This document shows, piece by piece, positions 49,174-61,799 of a stretch of DNA of 64,000 nt. This DNA is from Mobula hypostoma (taxonomy: Eukaryota). Position 1 is the stretch's first letter; every line of letters starts with the position of its first letter. Position numbers and translations under genes: made by a program. A model generated the notes under the pieces. That model was given only the letters and a program-made list of their open reading frames with translations, did no database searches and was not told the origin of the DNA. Location of the stretch: NCBI RefSeq assembly GCF_963921235.1, contig NC_086097.1, positions 160,024,001-160,088,000 on the forward strand, given 5' to 3'.

Positions 49174-50800
49174 CAGTGGCATGCAAAAGTTTGGGCACCC
49201 CGGTCAAAATTTCTGTTACTGTGAATAGCTACACGAGTAAAACATGAACTGATTTCCAAAAGGCATAAAGTTAAAGATGGCACATTTCTTTAATATTTTA
49301 AGCAAGAAGATTTTTTTACTTCCATTTTTTTACAGTTTCAAAATAACAAAAAAGGAAAAGGGCCTGAAGCAAAATTTTGGGCACCCTGCATGGCAGTACT
49401 TAGTAACACCCCCTTTGGCAAGTATCACAGCTTGTAAATGCTTTTTGTAGCCAGTTAAGTCTTTCAGTTCTTGTTTAGGGGATTTTCACCCATTCTTCCT
49501 TGCAAAAGGCTTCGAGTTCTGTGAGATTCTTGGGCCGTCTTGCATGCACTGCTCTTTTGAGGTCTATCCACAGATTCTTGATAATGTTTCGGTCAGGGAC
49601 TGTGAGGGTCATGGCAAAACCTTCAGCTTGCACCTCTTGAGGTAGTCCATTGTGGATTTTGAGGCGCGTTTAGGTTCATTATCCTGTTGTAGAAGCTATC
49701 CTCTTTTCATCTTCTGCTTCTTTTTTACAGACGGTGTGATGTTTGCGTCCAGAATTTGCTGGTATTTAATTGAATTCAGCAAGACAAAGGAATTGGTTGT
49801 TGACTTCAGTAGGAGTAGCCGACCACATGACCCCATTTACATCAGTGGTGCGCAAGTGGAACAGGTCAAAAGCTTTAAGTTCCTCGGGGTCAATATCACA
49901 AATGACCTGACTTGGTCCAACCAAGCAGAGTCCACTGCCAAGAAGGCCCACCAGCACCTTTACTTCCTGAGAAAACTAAAGAAATTTGGCCTGTCCCCTA
50001 AAATCCTCACTAATTTTTATAGATGCACCGTAGAAAGCATTCTTCTAGGGTGCATCACAACCTGGTATGGAAGTTGTCCTGTCCAAGACAGGAAGAAGCT
50101 GCAGAAGATCGTGAACACAGCCCAGCACATCACACAAACCAATCTTCCGTCCTTGGACTCACTTTACACCGCACGCTGTCGGAGCAGTGCTGCCAGGATA
50201 ATCAAGGACACGACCCACCCAGCCAACACACTTTTCGTCCCCCTTCCCTCTGGGAGAAGGCTCAGGAGCTTGAAGACCAGATTTGGGAACAGCTTCTTTC
50301 CAACTGTGATAAGACTGCTGAACGAATCCTGCCCCAGATCTGGGCCATACCCTCCAAATATCTGGACCTGCCTCTTGGTTTTTTTTGCACTACCTTACTA
50401 TTTTCTATTTCCCTTTTCTATTTTCTATTTATAATTTATAATTTAAATTTTTAATATTTACTATCAATTTGTACTCCAGGGAACATGAAGCATAGAATCA
50501 AATATCGCTGTGATGATTGTACATTCTAGTATCAATTGTTTGGTGACAATAAAGTATAAAATATTCATTCTTCCCTCTACCAGTGAAATGTTCCCCATGC
50601 CACTGGCTGCAACACAAGCCCAAAGCATGATCGATCCACCTCCGTGCTTAACAGTTGGAGAGGGGTTGTTTTCATGAAATTCTGCACCTTTTTTTCTCCA
50701 AACATAGCTTTGCTCATTACAGCCAAAAAGTTTGATTTTAATTTCATCAGTCCACAGGACTTGTTTCCAAAATGCATCAGGTTTGTTTAGATGTTCCTTT
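49174..50800 (-). mobile_element. Tc1-family DNA transposon, right half (DDE transposase region and IR/DR terminal repeat)
   Basis: WKQVLWTDE.KIKLFG, TVKHGGGSIMLWAC, QQDNEPK, PSQS motifs; TA-CAGTGGCATGCAAAAGTTTGGGCACCC terminus; inner direct repeat GCAAAATTTTGGGCACCC at 49369-49386. Confidence 0.93.
49779..50562 (+). mobile_element. Young Rex1/Babar-type LINE fragment inserted in the Tc1 transposase
   Basis: Open frame SKTKELVVDF..FKFLGV..LYFLRKLKKFGL..PLPSGRRLRS..NSFFPTVIRLLN; ATTCA duplicated at 49774-49778 and 50563-50567. Confidence 0.92.
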
Positions 50801-50899
50801 GAACCTTTTGAATAGAACTTTTTGGCCTCTGACAACCAAGTCCAGCTCCTGGCCTTCACGTGTGGCTTAGCTACCAAGCCTGTCAAAACCATTTTGGCT

Positions 50900-52460
50900 T
50901 CATGTGTGCAGTCTAGAACCAATTTTGGGGATTATGAGACCTTATGTGATTGGTCAATTACGCTAACTGGAAAAGTATAAAGGTAGCTTGCCAAACACCA
51001 ACTCTATCCTGACTAAAATTCAGATTCCAATCTGAATTTCCTTGTCAGTATAATTTTTGCTGCTGTGATCGTCTTCATCTTCGCCTTGCCATTCCATTGC
51101 GTGCCACTACCATTGTTCCAACCATGTCAACATTAGAGTTGATTTACCAGGATTATACCAGAAATATGAGGTTATACATTTAAAGAAATTATGAACTAAC
51201 TGGATCTCTTTTATCTTGAGAAAAGAAGTCTCAGTTAATTGAGGTCTCTAAAATCATATCGAGTTGATGCCAAGCTTTTGATATTGGGGAAGAGCACACC
51301 AATATAAGGTGATCTTATGACATCCAAAGAGTGATGAGAATGTTGAGGAGTCTATCACAGGGTGTTGTTAAAGCAATTGGTATGCATACATTGAAAGAGA
51401 GATTGGGCATGCACACAGGGAAGAATAAAAAAGAGGATTACAATAATGGTTTTAGATGGGGGCAAACCGGAGGAATTTTCTCTCTAGTTAGTCCATGCAA
51501 TAACACTGGCATAGACTAGCTTAGTTTGACAAAATGCAGTACACTTCATGAAAAAGCTGCTTTATTTGAAGGATGTTTCCCCTTCTGCCCTAATTCCATG
51601 CCCCTTATCCAAGCTATCAGTTGGAGACGTAGATTGCTCATTCATGTCTCTAACCATCAACTTCTGGTTCAGCCACTCCAATATCAGTTTCTGCTTGAGG
51701 CAGGTTTCAACTTTTAAAATTCTTGCCTTGGTGAATAATAATACTTTGATATTTGCATTTCTCATATGTCTCATTAAATTTCATACATTCCTTAAGGCCT
51801 GAGGATTACGCCATCTAAATGCACAATGACTGCATCCACACTTGAAAGTTACTTCCATGGAGCTTCACAAGAATTTGCCATTTAAGTATATATTTTTGTG
51901 GAATTTAGAATTTTTGACCATTATATGGATATTTTATGTTGAACTATGTATTGGTAATACAGCATTATTTTAATTGTATCACAAAATTTATAAATAAAAT
52001 GACCAAACTCTTGAACAAAGAAATCAAGTTTATTTTTCTTCTATGTTTTTACTAAATGCTACGTCCATTATTTTCTTCCTATAATTGGCAGACCTTTTGA
52101 AATCAAAGTTTCATAATACTTAATGACTTCTTTTCTGACCTTGGTTATGAGATCACAATTTTGAATTTCACAGTATACTCCTTGATATTCAATCAAATCT
52201 TCAATGAAAACAATGCTCTAAAAATGCAAATTTTGTTGATCAGAAACAGCAAGACACAATTCTTTATGCTACATCAACGATAAAGGAGAGAAAATAAAGG
52301 CACTAATTTAATTAAGTTTGGAAAGAAAACCTTCTGTTTTATGATACATATTACAAAGTAGACAAAATCAATGTATTAGATTATGCTACAAATCTAGCTG
52401 ATGGAACATCAATCAGTGTAAGGAGAAATACCAGTCACATTTCATAATGTCATTTTTGAA
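50900..52460 (+). pseudogene. Possible very old Gypsy integrase remnant, interrupted by a CR1
   Basis: PLRAT.PL.QPCQ, TLESYF, VEFRIFDHYMDI, LADLFE.K, YKVDKI..SVRRNTSH appear in Gypsy integrase order; heavily decayed. Confidence 0.35.
51140..51520 (+). mobile_element. Old CR1 3' fragment
   Basis: FTRIIP..GYTF..L.LFYLEKR..LIEVSKI motif; LSQGVVKA..LKERL. Confidence 0.55.
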
Positions 52461-54044
52461 GCTATTTCACAATGGGAATGTCTTGTTATTAAAGATCCTC
52501 AAAATGGCTGAGACTGCAGAATCAGAAAAGGAGACCTTAGCAGAACTAATTTACTCTCCAAGATAGAAAATCAAGAATAAAATTATGGATATAATTGACA
52601 GAGATGGAATGAACGTGTAAACTAGTAGAAATACAGTAGCAACTATAACTGATCAATAACCCTGATGGACCTGAAAGAATTGAATCATTGTCCATCAAAC
52701 CAACAGAAGAATAGAAGAAACAAGGACAAAAAGAAAAATGACTATTGGTCAACAGGCTGGATAGTATTTTCTGCAGGTCAAAACCTCTTGGAAACCAGCC
52801 AATCAAATAACATTGCTTCATATTTACTCATTTATTTTTGCATTCCACAATTTTGCATTTTAAATTTTGAATTTCATTTTTTTCCATTTTAGCTTTATTA
52901 AATTATGCAAAATTCCCAATAAAATCTCCACCAGGTTAATTCTTTTGGTGAATTGAAAAGGGTGCTTTGTTTTAAGAAAAATACACCTATTTGAAGCAAT
53001 ACTCCTGCTTAATATATGAATTGCACCTCTTTAACCTCTTTGGCCGAATGAATTTATGCAACTGGATTCCTGTGATGTTAAATCAAAGGTTCTCAAATAC
53101 GGCTCAGATAGGCAGAAAGACACAATCACAAATTATCTATTTAGAACTACAAACCTTCATAAATTAGGACAGAATAACAATTATTAAAACTCTTAACTAG
53201 GTGTGCATGGGCCACTCACTGCAGCATACCTTCCATTGATTTGTGCCGCTGCCCATGACCAGCCCATCGGTAAACCCTCAAGGAACTATCCCCAAGGCCC
53301 CACCACCACCCCGAACACTCTATTTTTATACGCTTTCCACTGATATGAAAGGCTGCGGTAAGTGGGCCAATATATAGCACAGATCAAAGCTCTGAATCAT
53401 AACCACCACTCTTCATGAGTCCCACCCCTGTTTTCACCTAACTTTCATGTTCCCATGGTAGTAATGCATTTTCATGATTGTATTCCCATAGTAGTAATCA
53501 AAGTTCTGCTATGTTCAAGACCACAGTGGTGGTGAATCTTTCAACGAGCAAGATCAGCCCTTTACAATACAATTCCTAAATATGGTTTGATATTAAGGAT
53601 TTTTTCTAATTGTCATTTCTCTTTTTAGTTGGGATATTAATGTAAAATTATTTGATCAACCACTATGTTTTCCATAGTACTGCTCTGGTGTTACACCTCA
53701 CCTGATGTATGTATCTTCATTGTCCAGCTGTTCCAGAGCTGAGTGAAGGGAAAATGAAATGGCATCTGCTGTTGACTCTTGTGATGTTAGGCAAATTTAA
53801 GCAGATCCAAGTCAATCCTCAGGCAAAAGTTTATATGCTTCTTGGCCAAAAAGCATCACAGTAGACATAAGTGCTACTGGGCAAAAGTATACGGTGACAT
53901 CTACGTACTTTGATAATAAATTTACTTTGAACTTTGAAGATCCATTTTATTTGTTCATAATGACTGGTTAATTTTTTTATTAATGAATTTGTTTATTTAG
54001 GATCACAAAGCAATGCCACACATTGCACACACAAGTCTGCTGTG

Positions 54045-54562
54045 ACCTTGTGGTAGCATTCAGGGATCTCAAGTCAGGTGATTGTAGGTTCAAGTTCCAC
54101 TCTTGAGGTTCAAACACAAAATATAGAATGTGCACTTTTTTAGGAGAGTGACACTTTTAAGGTGTTGGCTTTCAGCTGGAATTCTCAGGAAAGAACATCT
54201 TTATCCTCTCAAATAAATGTAAATAATTTGGCTAAATGAAATGAAGCAAAGAAAGCCATCTCTCTCTCATTTTCTGGCCAATACTAATAGATCCCCCAAA
54301 CAATATCCTGAAAACAAATGACCTGGTCATTAAATCATTACTAATTGTGGAAGCTTCAGTGACAAGATGTAGGGTAGATTAACCATGATTACATCAGATG
54401 ATGGAACAGACTTTAGGAGCTTAATATCCTTACATTCTTGCTGTCCATGAATCAGCTGTTCCATTCCCTACACTTCAACATTCTTGAAAGGGTAGAAAGC
54501 AGCTAGTGACATACGGAAAGGTTGTACAAGACAGTATTTAAATTCACTCTTTCTTTCTTTCA
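54045..54562 (+). mobile_element. Deu-domain-like (SacSINE1-type) SINE, old
   Basis: tRNA-like head GGTTCAAGTTCCACTC; central TGGCCAATA..AAAACAAATGACCTGGTCATTA; L2-like tail ending (CTTT)n. Confidence 0.6.
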
Positions 54563-54724
54563 GTAACAGCTATGGCTTTCATTTTCTAAGTCCTCGACTT
54601 TGAATATGATCCTTAAGCATCTTCAGTTGTAGGAACAACTTCTTCCCGTCTGCCATCAGATTTCTGAAAGGACAATGAACCAACCCATGAACAATACCTC
54701 ACTATTTTTTGGTACTCTTCTCAA

Positions 54725-57700
54725 ACCTCATCCTGGAGCATACTCACACTGGCTGCTGCAGAAAGAAGTTCATAGTAACTGTCAATCATCGAACTAGGGT
54801 CCCCAGAATTAGTGATAAAATTCCATCAGACAGCATGATAGAAGCCACCAATAAAGCACTACTCACAATTGCAACCTCCAACATAAATGAGACCAATAAC
54901 CTGATATATGTATCGGCAGCAGCAGTCCTAGAAAAACCACAACAGCAGAGGTCAGCAGACTAAATGAACTGCAGAAAGGTGGGAAGACCGAAGACTCATC
55001 TCGGCTACTAAGGAACTACTGAGGTACATTCATAGCCAAAGCCCTGGAAACTGCCAAGCAATGGTGAACAGTTCTGGCTGCTAGACTACAGACATGCACT
55101 AAGGACACAGAGGCAAAGTGAATAAATGCACTCTTCTTCAAAGGACCAGGAAAAGTATTCACACAGTTCTAGAGCAACAACATGCCAGTAGCTGAACCAA
55201 TCAAAACAACAGAGGACTGCAGACTGGAAGGGTATATGGGAAAAAGAAGCATCACATCACACCACTGCCCAGTGATTGAAAGCCTACAAGCAAGCCTCTG
55301 CAATCGACCAGAGGAAGAACCAGACACCATCACAGCAGCAGATGTCAGCAACGGGTAGCAACTATGAAGAACTGGACATCACTGGGGCCTGACATGATCC
55401 ACATTTATTGGTTGAAGTAACTAACAGTATTGCATACAGGGCTGGCAGCTCAAATGGGCCAGGGCTTAAAGCAGGCTCCCACCCTAACAGATTAACTCAA
55501 GGAAGGACAGTACTCATAATGAAGGATGCTCATCAAGGAGCAACACCATCAAACTACTGACCTACAGCCTGCCTGTCAACAACATGGAAGCTCCTATCAG
55601 GCATCATAGCCACCAAGCTGAGGAAGCCCTAATCAGAGGGGGATTAGTAATGGAACCAAAGGCTTCAAGCACCAACTACTGGTAGACAAAGCAGTCATGT
55701 GACTCCAAGACCAGGCAAACCAACCTAAGCACGACCTGCATCAACTACCAGGAAACATATGACTCAATACGACACATGGATCCTGGAAAGTCTGTCTCTG
55801 TACACAGTCAACAGGACACTGAAGACCTTCATCAAGAACTCTGGTGGATGAACACATGGCTGAGGAACTGGTGTAGGGGGCAGGGTTTCAGATTTCAGGA
55901 TCATTGGGACCTCTTCTGGGGCAGGTAGGACCTGTACGAGAAAGACGGGTTACACCTGAACTACAAGGGGACCAATATCCTTGTAGGGAGGTTTGTTAGT
56001 GCTATTGGGGAGGGTTTAAACTAGATTTGCAGGGGGATGGGAACCAGAGTGCCAGAGCAGATAGTGGAGCAGGGGTGAAAATAAATGATGTCAAAAGTTC
56101 ATGCAAAGTCACAAATAGAAGAGTTGTGTGTGGTGGTAATTATCTTCTCGGGTGTGTCTATTTCAAAGCAAGAAGTATTGTGAGGAAGGCTGACAAGCTG
56201 AGGGCATGGATTGACACATGGAATTACGACATTATAGCCATTAGTGAAACTTGGATACAGGAGGGGCAGGACTGGCAGTTTAATGTTCCAGGGTTCCGAT
56301 GTTTCAGACGTGATAGAGGCAGAGGAATGAAGGGTGGGGGGAGGTAGCATTGCTAGTCAGGGAAAATGTTACAGCAGTGCTCAGGCAGCACAGATTAGAG
56401 GCTTGTCTACCGAGGCCATATGGATGGAGCTGAGAAACAGGAAAGGTATGACCACATTAATGGGATTGTATCATAGACCACCCACTAGTCAGCAAGAATT
56501 GGAGGAGCAAATCTGCAGAGAGATAGCAGACAACTGCAGGAAACATAAAGCTGTGTTAATGGGGCATTTTAATTTTCCACATATTGGTTGGGACTCCCAT
56601 GTGGTTAAAGGTCTAGATGGGTCAGAGTTTGCAAAATGTGTTCAGGAAAGTTTTCTAAATCAATATATAGAGGTACCAACTAGAGAGGAGGCAATATTAG
56701 ATGTCCTATTAGGAAATGAGTTAGGACAGGTGATGGAAGTGTATGTAGCAGAACACACTGGTTCCAGTGATCATAACACCATTAGTTTCAACTTGATCAT
56801 GGATAAAGGTAGATCTGGTCCTCAGGTTGAGGTTCTAAACTGGAAAAAGGCCAAATTTGAAGAAATGAGAAAGGATCTAAAAAGTATGGCTTGGGACAGG
56901 TTTTCTCTGGCAAGGATGTGATCGGTAAGTGGGAAGCCTTCAAAGGAGAAATTTTGAGAGTGCAGGGCTTGTATGTTCCTGTCAGGATTAAAGGCAAAGT
57001 GAATAAGAATAAGGAACCTTGGTTCTCAAGGGATATTGGAACTCTGATAAAGAAGGAGAGAGAGATGTATGACATGTATAGAAAACAGGGAGCAAATAAG
57101 GTGCTTGAGGAGTATAAAAAGTGCCAAAAAAAACTTAAGAAAAAAATCAGGAGGGCTAAAAGGAGACATGAGGTTGCTTTGGCAGTCAAGGTGAAGGATA
57201 ATTCAAAGAGCTTCTACAGGTATATTAAGAGCAAAAGGATAGTAAGGGATAAAATTGGTCCTCTTCAAGATCAGAGTGGTCGGCTATGTATGGAACCAAA
57301 AGAAATGAGGGAGATCTTAAATAGTTTTTTTTTGTGCGTCTGTATTTACTAAGGAAACTGGCATGGAGTCTATGGAAATAAGGCAAACAAGTAGTGAAGT
57401 CATGGAACCTATACAGATTAAAGAGGAGGAGGTGCTTGCTATCTTGAGGCAGATTAGAGTAGATAAATCCCCAGAAACTGACAGGGTATTCCATCAGACC
57501 TTGAAGGAGACTAGTGTTGAAATTGCAGGGATATTTAAAATGGCAGATATATTTAAAATGTCGGTATCTACGGGTGAGGTGCCAGAGGATTGGAGGATAG
57601 CTCATGTTGGTCCGTTGTTTAAAAAAGGCTCTGAAAGTAATCCGGGAAATTATAGGCCAGTAAATTTGACATCGGTAGTAGGTAAATTATTGGAAGGTGT

Positions 57701-60550
57701 ACTAAGAGATTGGATCTACAAGTATTTGCATAGACAGGGACTTATTAGGGAGAGTCAACATGGCTTTGTGCGTGGTAGGTCATGTTTAACAAATTTATTA
57801 GAGTTTTTCGAGGAGGTTACCAGGAAAGTGGATGAAGGGAAGGCAGTGGATGTTGTCTACATGGACTTCAGTAAGGCCTTTGACGAGGTTCCGCAAGGGA
57901 GGTTAGTTAGGAAGATTCAGTCGCTAGGCATACGTGGAGAGGTGGTAAATTGGATTAGACATTGGCTCAATGGAAGAAGCCAGAGAGTGGTAGTGGAGGA
58001 TTGCTTCTCTGAGTGGAGGCCTGTGAATAGTGGTGTGTCACAGGGATCAATGCTGGGTCCATTGTTATTTGTCATCTATATCAATGATCTAGATGATAAT
58101 GTGGTAAATTGGATCAGCAAATTTGCTGATGATACAAAGATTTGAGGTGTGGTGGACAGTGAGGAAGGTTTTCAAAGCTTGCACAGGGATTTGGACCAGC
58201 TGGAAAAATGGGCTGAAAAATGGCAGATGGAGTTTAATATAGACAAGTGTGAGGTATTGCACGTTGGAAGGACAAACCAAGGTAGAATATACAAGGTAAA
58301 TGGTAGGGCACTGAGGAGTGCAGTAGAACAAAGGGATCTGGGACAGATACAAAATTCCCTAAAAGTGGTGTCACAGGTAGATAGGGTTATAAAGAGAGCT
58401 TTTGGTACATTGGCCTTTATAAATCAAAGTATTGAGTATAAGAGTTGGAATGTTATGGTGGGGTTTTATAAGGCATTGGTGAGGCTGAATTTGGAGTATT
58501 GTGTTCAGTTTTGGTCACCAAGTAACAAGAAGGATACTAATAAGGTTGAAAGAGTGCAGAGAAGGTTTACAAGGATGTCGCCGGAACTTGAGAAACTGAG
58601 TTACAGAGAAAGGTTGAATAGGTTGGGACTTTATTCCCTGGAGTGTAGAAGAATGAGGGGAGATTTGACAGAGGTATATAAAATTATGATGGGTATAGAT
58701 AGAGTGAATGCAAGCCGGCTTTTTCCACTGAGGCAAGGGGAGAAAAAAACCAGAGGACATGGGTTAAGGGTGAGGGGGGAAAAGTTTAAAGGGAACATTA
58801 GGGGGGCTTCTTCACACAGAGAGTGGTGGGAGTATGGAATGAGCTGCCAGATGAGGTGGTAAATGCGGGTTCTTTTTTAACATTTAAGAATAAATTGGAC
58901 AGATACATGGATGGGAGGTGTATGGAGGGATATGGTCCGTGTGCAGGTCAGTGGGACTAGGCAGAAAAATGGTTCAGCACAGCCAAGAAGGGCCAAAAGG
59001 CCTGTTTCTGTGCTGTAATGTTCTATGGGTCTATGGTTCTAATGAACCATTAGAGGACAATGCTAGAAGTTAACTCTAAGCCAAATGCACAAGTACTATC
59101 TGTACTCCTGTTCTGCATAGGCTTGAACCCCCTCTGCCAAATCATCTCAAAGCGTGGATATGGATACAGGTTCAAGAGTGTAGTGACCATCAGTCACTTC
59201 CTGTAACGGATGACATCAACGTATATGCCAGAAGTGAAGGGGACATTGACTCACTTATGCACCTGACAAGCGTGTACAGCAAAGACATTGGGATATCTGT
59301 CGGACTGGAAAAGTGCAGCCGGATGGTAGTGAAAAGAAGCAAACTCATTAAGACTGAAGGAGTCAAGTTACCTGAAGGCCACATGCCAGACATACAGGAC
59401 AGCTACATATACCTGGGGATCCTGCAGATTCATGGAAGCCATGATGAGGACACAAGGAAGGCTGCAACATCCAAGTACCTCCAAAGAATAATACAGGTCC
59501 TAAAAAGCCAGCTGAATGCGATGACTAAGATCAAAGCCATTAACACATTTGCCCTATCTGTAATCAGATACTCAGCCACAATAGTGTGCTGGCCAAGAAA
59601 TGAACTGGAAACCACTGGCATCAAGACCCAGAACCTATTAACAATGAATGCAGGATTCCATCCAAAATCCACTGTCGAGTGACAGTACACCTGCCAGAAT
59701 AAAGGAGGATGGGGACTTGGAAGTGTCAAGGCCACAGTCCTAGAAGAAATGCAAACATCCATGAGCATGTCAGGAAGGTGGCCCCTAAGGACAACCTGCT
59801 AGGAGAATATTTCAGACAATAGGCAGGGGATATGGAAATAGAAGGGGTAAAGCAGAGCCAGAGGACCAGATGCCATGGCAGGATAAACCATTGCATAGGA
59901 GGTACCATTACCAGATATTAGTGGTGGCTGACATAAGGAAGTCCTACAAATGACTATAAATGGCAGGGCTGAGGGACAGCACAGAAGCACTGCTCATGGC
60001 TGCACAAGAATAGGCACTGAGTACAAGAGTATTAGAAGTTGGGGTGCAAGATACAGGCAGGGACAGCATACATTGAACAGTACAATCAAGATGCAGGAAC
60101 AGTGTACAGGAACATCTGTGCTGAATATGATTGGACACTCCCAAGTTCAAATGGAAAGCACCTGAAAGGTAGTAGAGACTGGCAGAACTAAGATCCTGTT
60201 AGACTTCCAAATACAGACTGACAAACAGATACTGGCCAACCAACCAGAGATAGTAATACTGGACAAGGAACAGAAGAGAGCATAGTAATAGATATGGCAA
60301 TCCCGAATGACAGTATGACAGTAGCATCAGGAAGAAAGAATATGAGAAGCTGGAGAAATATCAGGGCTTGAAAGAGCAGGTAGAAAGCCTGAGTAGTCCT
60401 GGTGGTGATAGGAGCACTTGGGGCTAGAAACCAGGAAAGGGAGAGTGGCTCCAATAAATCCCGGGAACAACATCTGAGATCTCAGTCCAGAAGAAGGCAC
60501 TACCAGGATCAGCAAGAGTACTGCACTGAAAACCTCAAGCTCCCAGACGT
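54725..60550 (+). mobile_element. R4/Dong-type non-LTR retrotransposon (RT plus restriction-like endonuclease), decayed; pieces 54725-55842 and 59041-60550
   Basis: NETNNLIY; MKNWTS.GPDMIHIYWLK; TQGRTVLIMKD; CLSTTWKLLSGII; DDINVYA; DIGISVGLEKC; DFQIQTDKQILANQPEIVILDK..IDMAIPND..EKLEKYQGLK..VIGALG (PD-(D/E)xK RLE). Confidence 0.88.
55843..59041 (+). mobile_element. Near-complete CR1 LINE (ORF1 esterase C-terminus, ORF2 EN plus RT, 3' tail), frameshifted
   Basis: KDGLHLN.KGTNIL (SGNH-like ORF1 end); YDIIAISETW; SSDHN; NPGNYRPVNLTS; KFADDTK; tail TTCTATGGGTCTATGGTTCTA. Confidence 0.96.

Positions 60551-60552
<2 letters not shown>

Positions 60553-60604
<52 letters not shown>
60553..60604. repeat. 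(GT)n microsatellite
   Basis: Directly visible. Confidence 0.98.
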
Positions 60605-60607
<3 letters not shown>

Positions 60608-61799
60608 CACATATACATTATTACAATTGTTATATATACATATACACACATTATTGTAATTGTAATTTACGGATTATTTTATATATTGCATTGAGCTGCT
60701 GTTACAAAACAATAAATTACAAGGCATGTACCAATGATATTAATCGGATTCTGATTTTGATTTTGATTCTGATTCGCTTGACCACCTCTTTATTCCTCCC
60801 CTTAGAAGCCCATTTATTTATCTAGTATCTTAATCAGCCTTGCTGGAGACTCCTTTTTGCTTCAGCAACCATTGCTTCAATTTAACTTTGGGTTGTCTAG
60901 TGTTTTATTTTCTGTGTTAAAGGTGCTGTATGTTGTAAGTTGTTGTTGTAGTTATGTATTGATAGCCACGTTAATGAGAGCTATTGTAGCTGCTATGGTT
61001 CATGTCAATCCAGTTATCTTCTCAGTAAATACATGCTGATTCTCCCCACACTCAATATATCGTCCAGATTGTACACTTGTGGGATTTCTCATTCCCTGCG
61101 TCATTCTGCTGAGTTAGTAGTTTACTAATCACAGCTGATAGGTAAATCCTCAGGAGTATTTGAATAAAATTTTTCTTGTCAGTACGTATTTGGGCTGGAA
61201 TTATTCAACTGGCTGAAGTTCTTCTGTATGATCCGCCACAATTTTAAAGTTCAGGCTTAAATTCAGGTGACTTTTTTTGAATGTACCACATACTATGCAG
61301 GGCTTTAAACTGGAGTCCAAAATGTGACCACGAGAGAGGCACCAGAGACAGTATGCAGGACCATGGGGGAAGATTAGGGGAATTAAAAAATTAGCCTTTC
61401 TCAATGGGAGCAACAAAAACTCAATGAACTGAGTGGTGCCCTTCTACAATGATATGAATGTAGGTCTGATTGCCTGATGCTGTCAGGGTGATTGTGACTT
61501 TTAAGTCTCATGTATCTTGGTGTCCTGTTTGTGTATTTCTTATTATGGAATTTCCATGGTCTTCCAGAGAGTAAGAATCACTTATACTCCAAAAACATCC
61601 TACCCAACTAAGTTGACTGAAGTTGTGGAAAAACAGATGTTACATGAGCTTCCAAAAGGCATACGATAAGAGAATATTGGTTATGGTTAACACTCATAAT
61701 GCTAAAGACATCGACCTGGGAAGGAAATTAATTGAGCAGCCGAGGGAAGAGAAGGGATACACAGTGAGCATTCATACTGAAAACTTATTGGCAGGAAAG

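Noticed and set aside
49652..50434. 260-aa ORF as a novel gene or Tc1-LINE fusion protein
   Set aside because: The N-terminus is antisense Tc1 sequence in frame by chance with a truncated Rex1 RT tail, with a non-ATG start.
50822..50895. Possible ribozyme-like 5' fragment of a retroposon (GCC-TTCACGTGT-GGC hairpin)
   Set aside because: Too short and truncated to assign a fold or family from this window.
52661..52680. CTGATGGACCTGAAA as a hammerhead core
   Set aside because: A9 is missing and there is no stem II or flanking stems.
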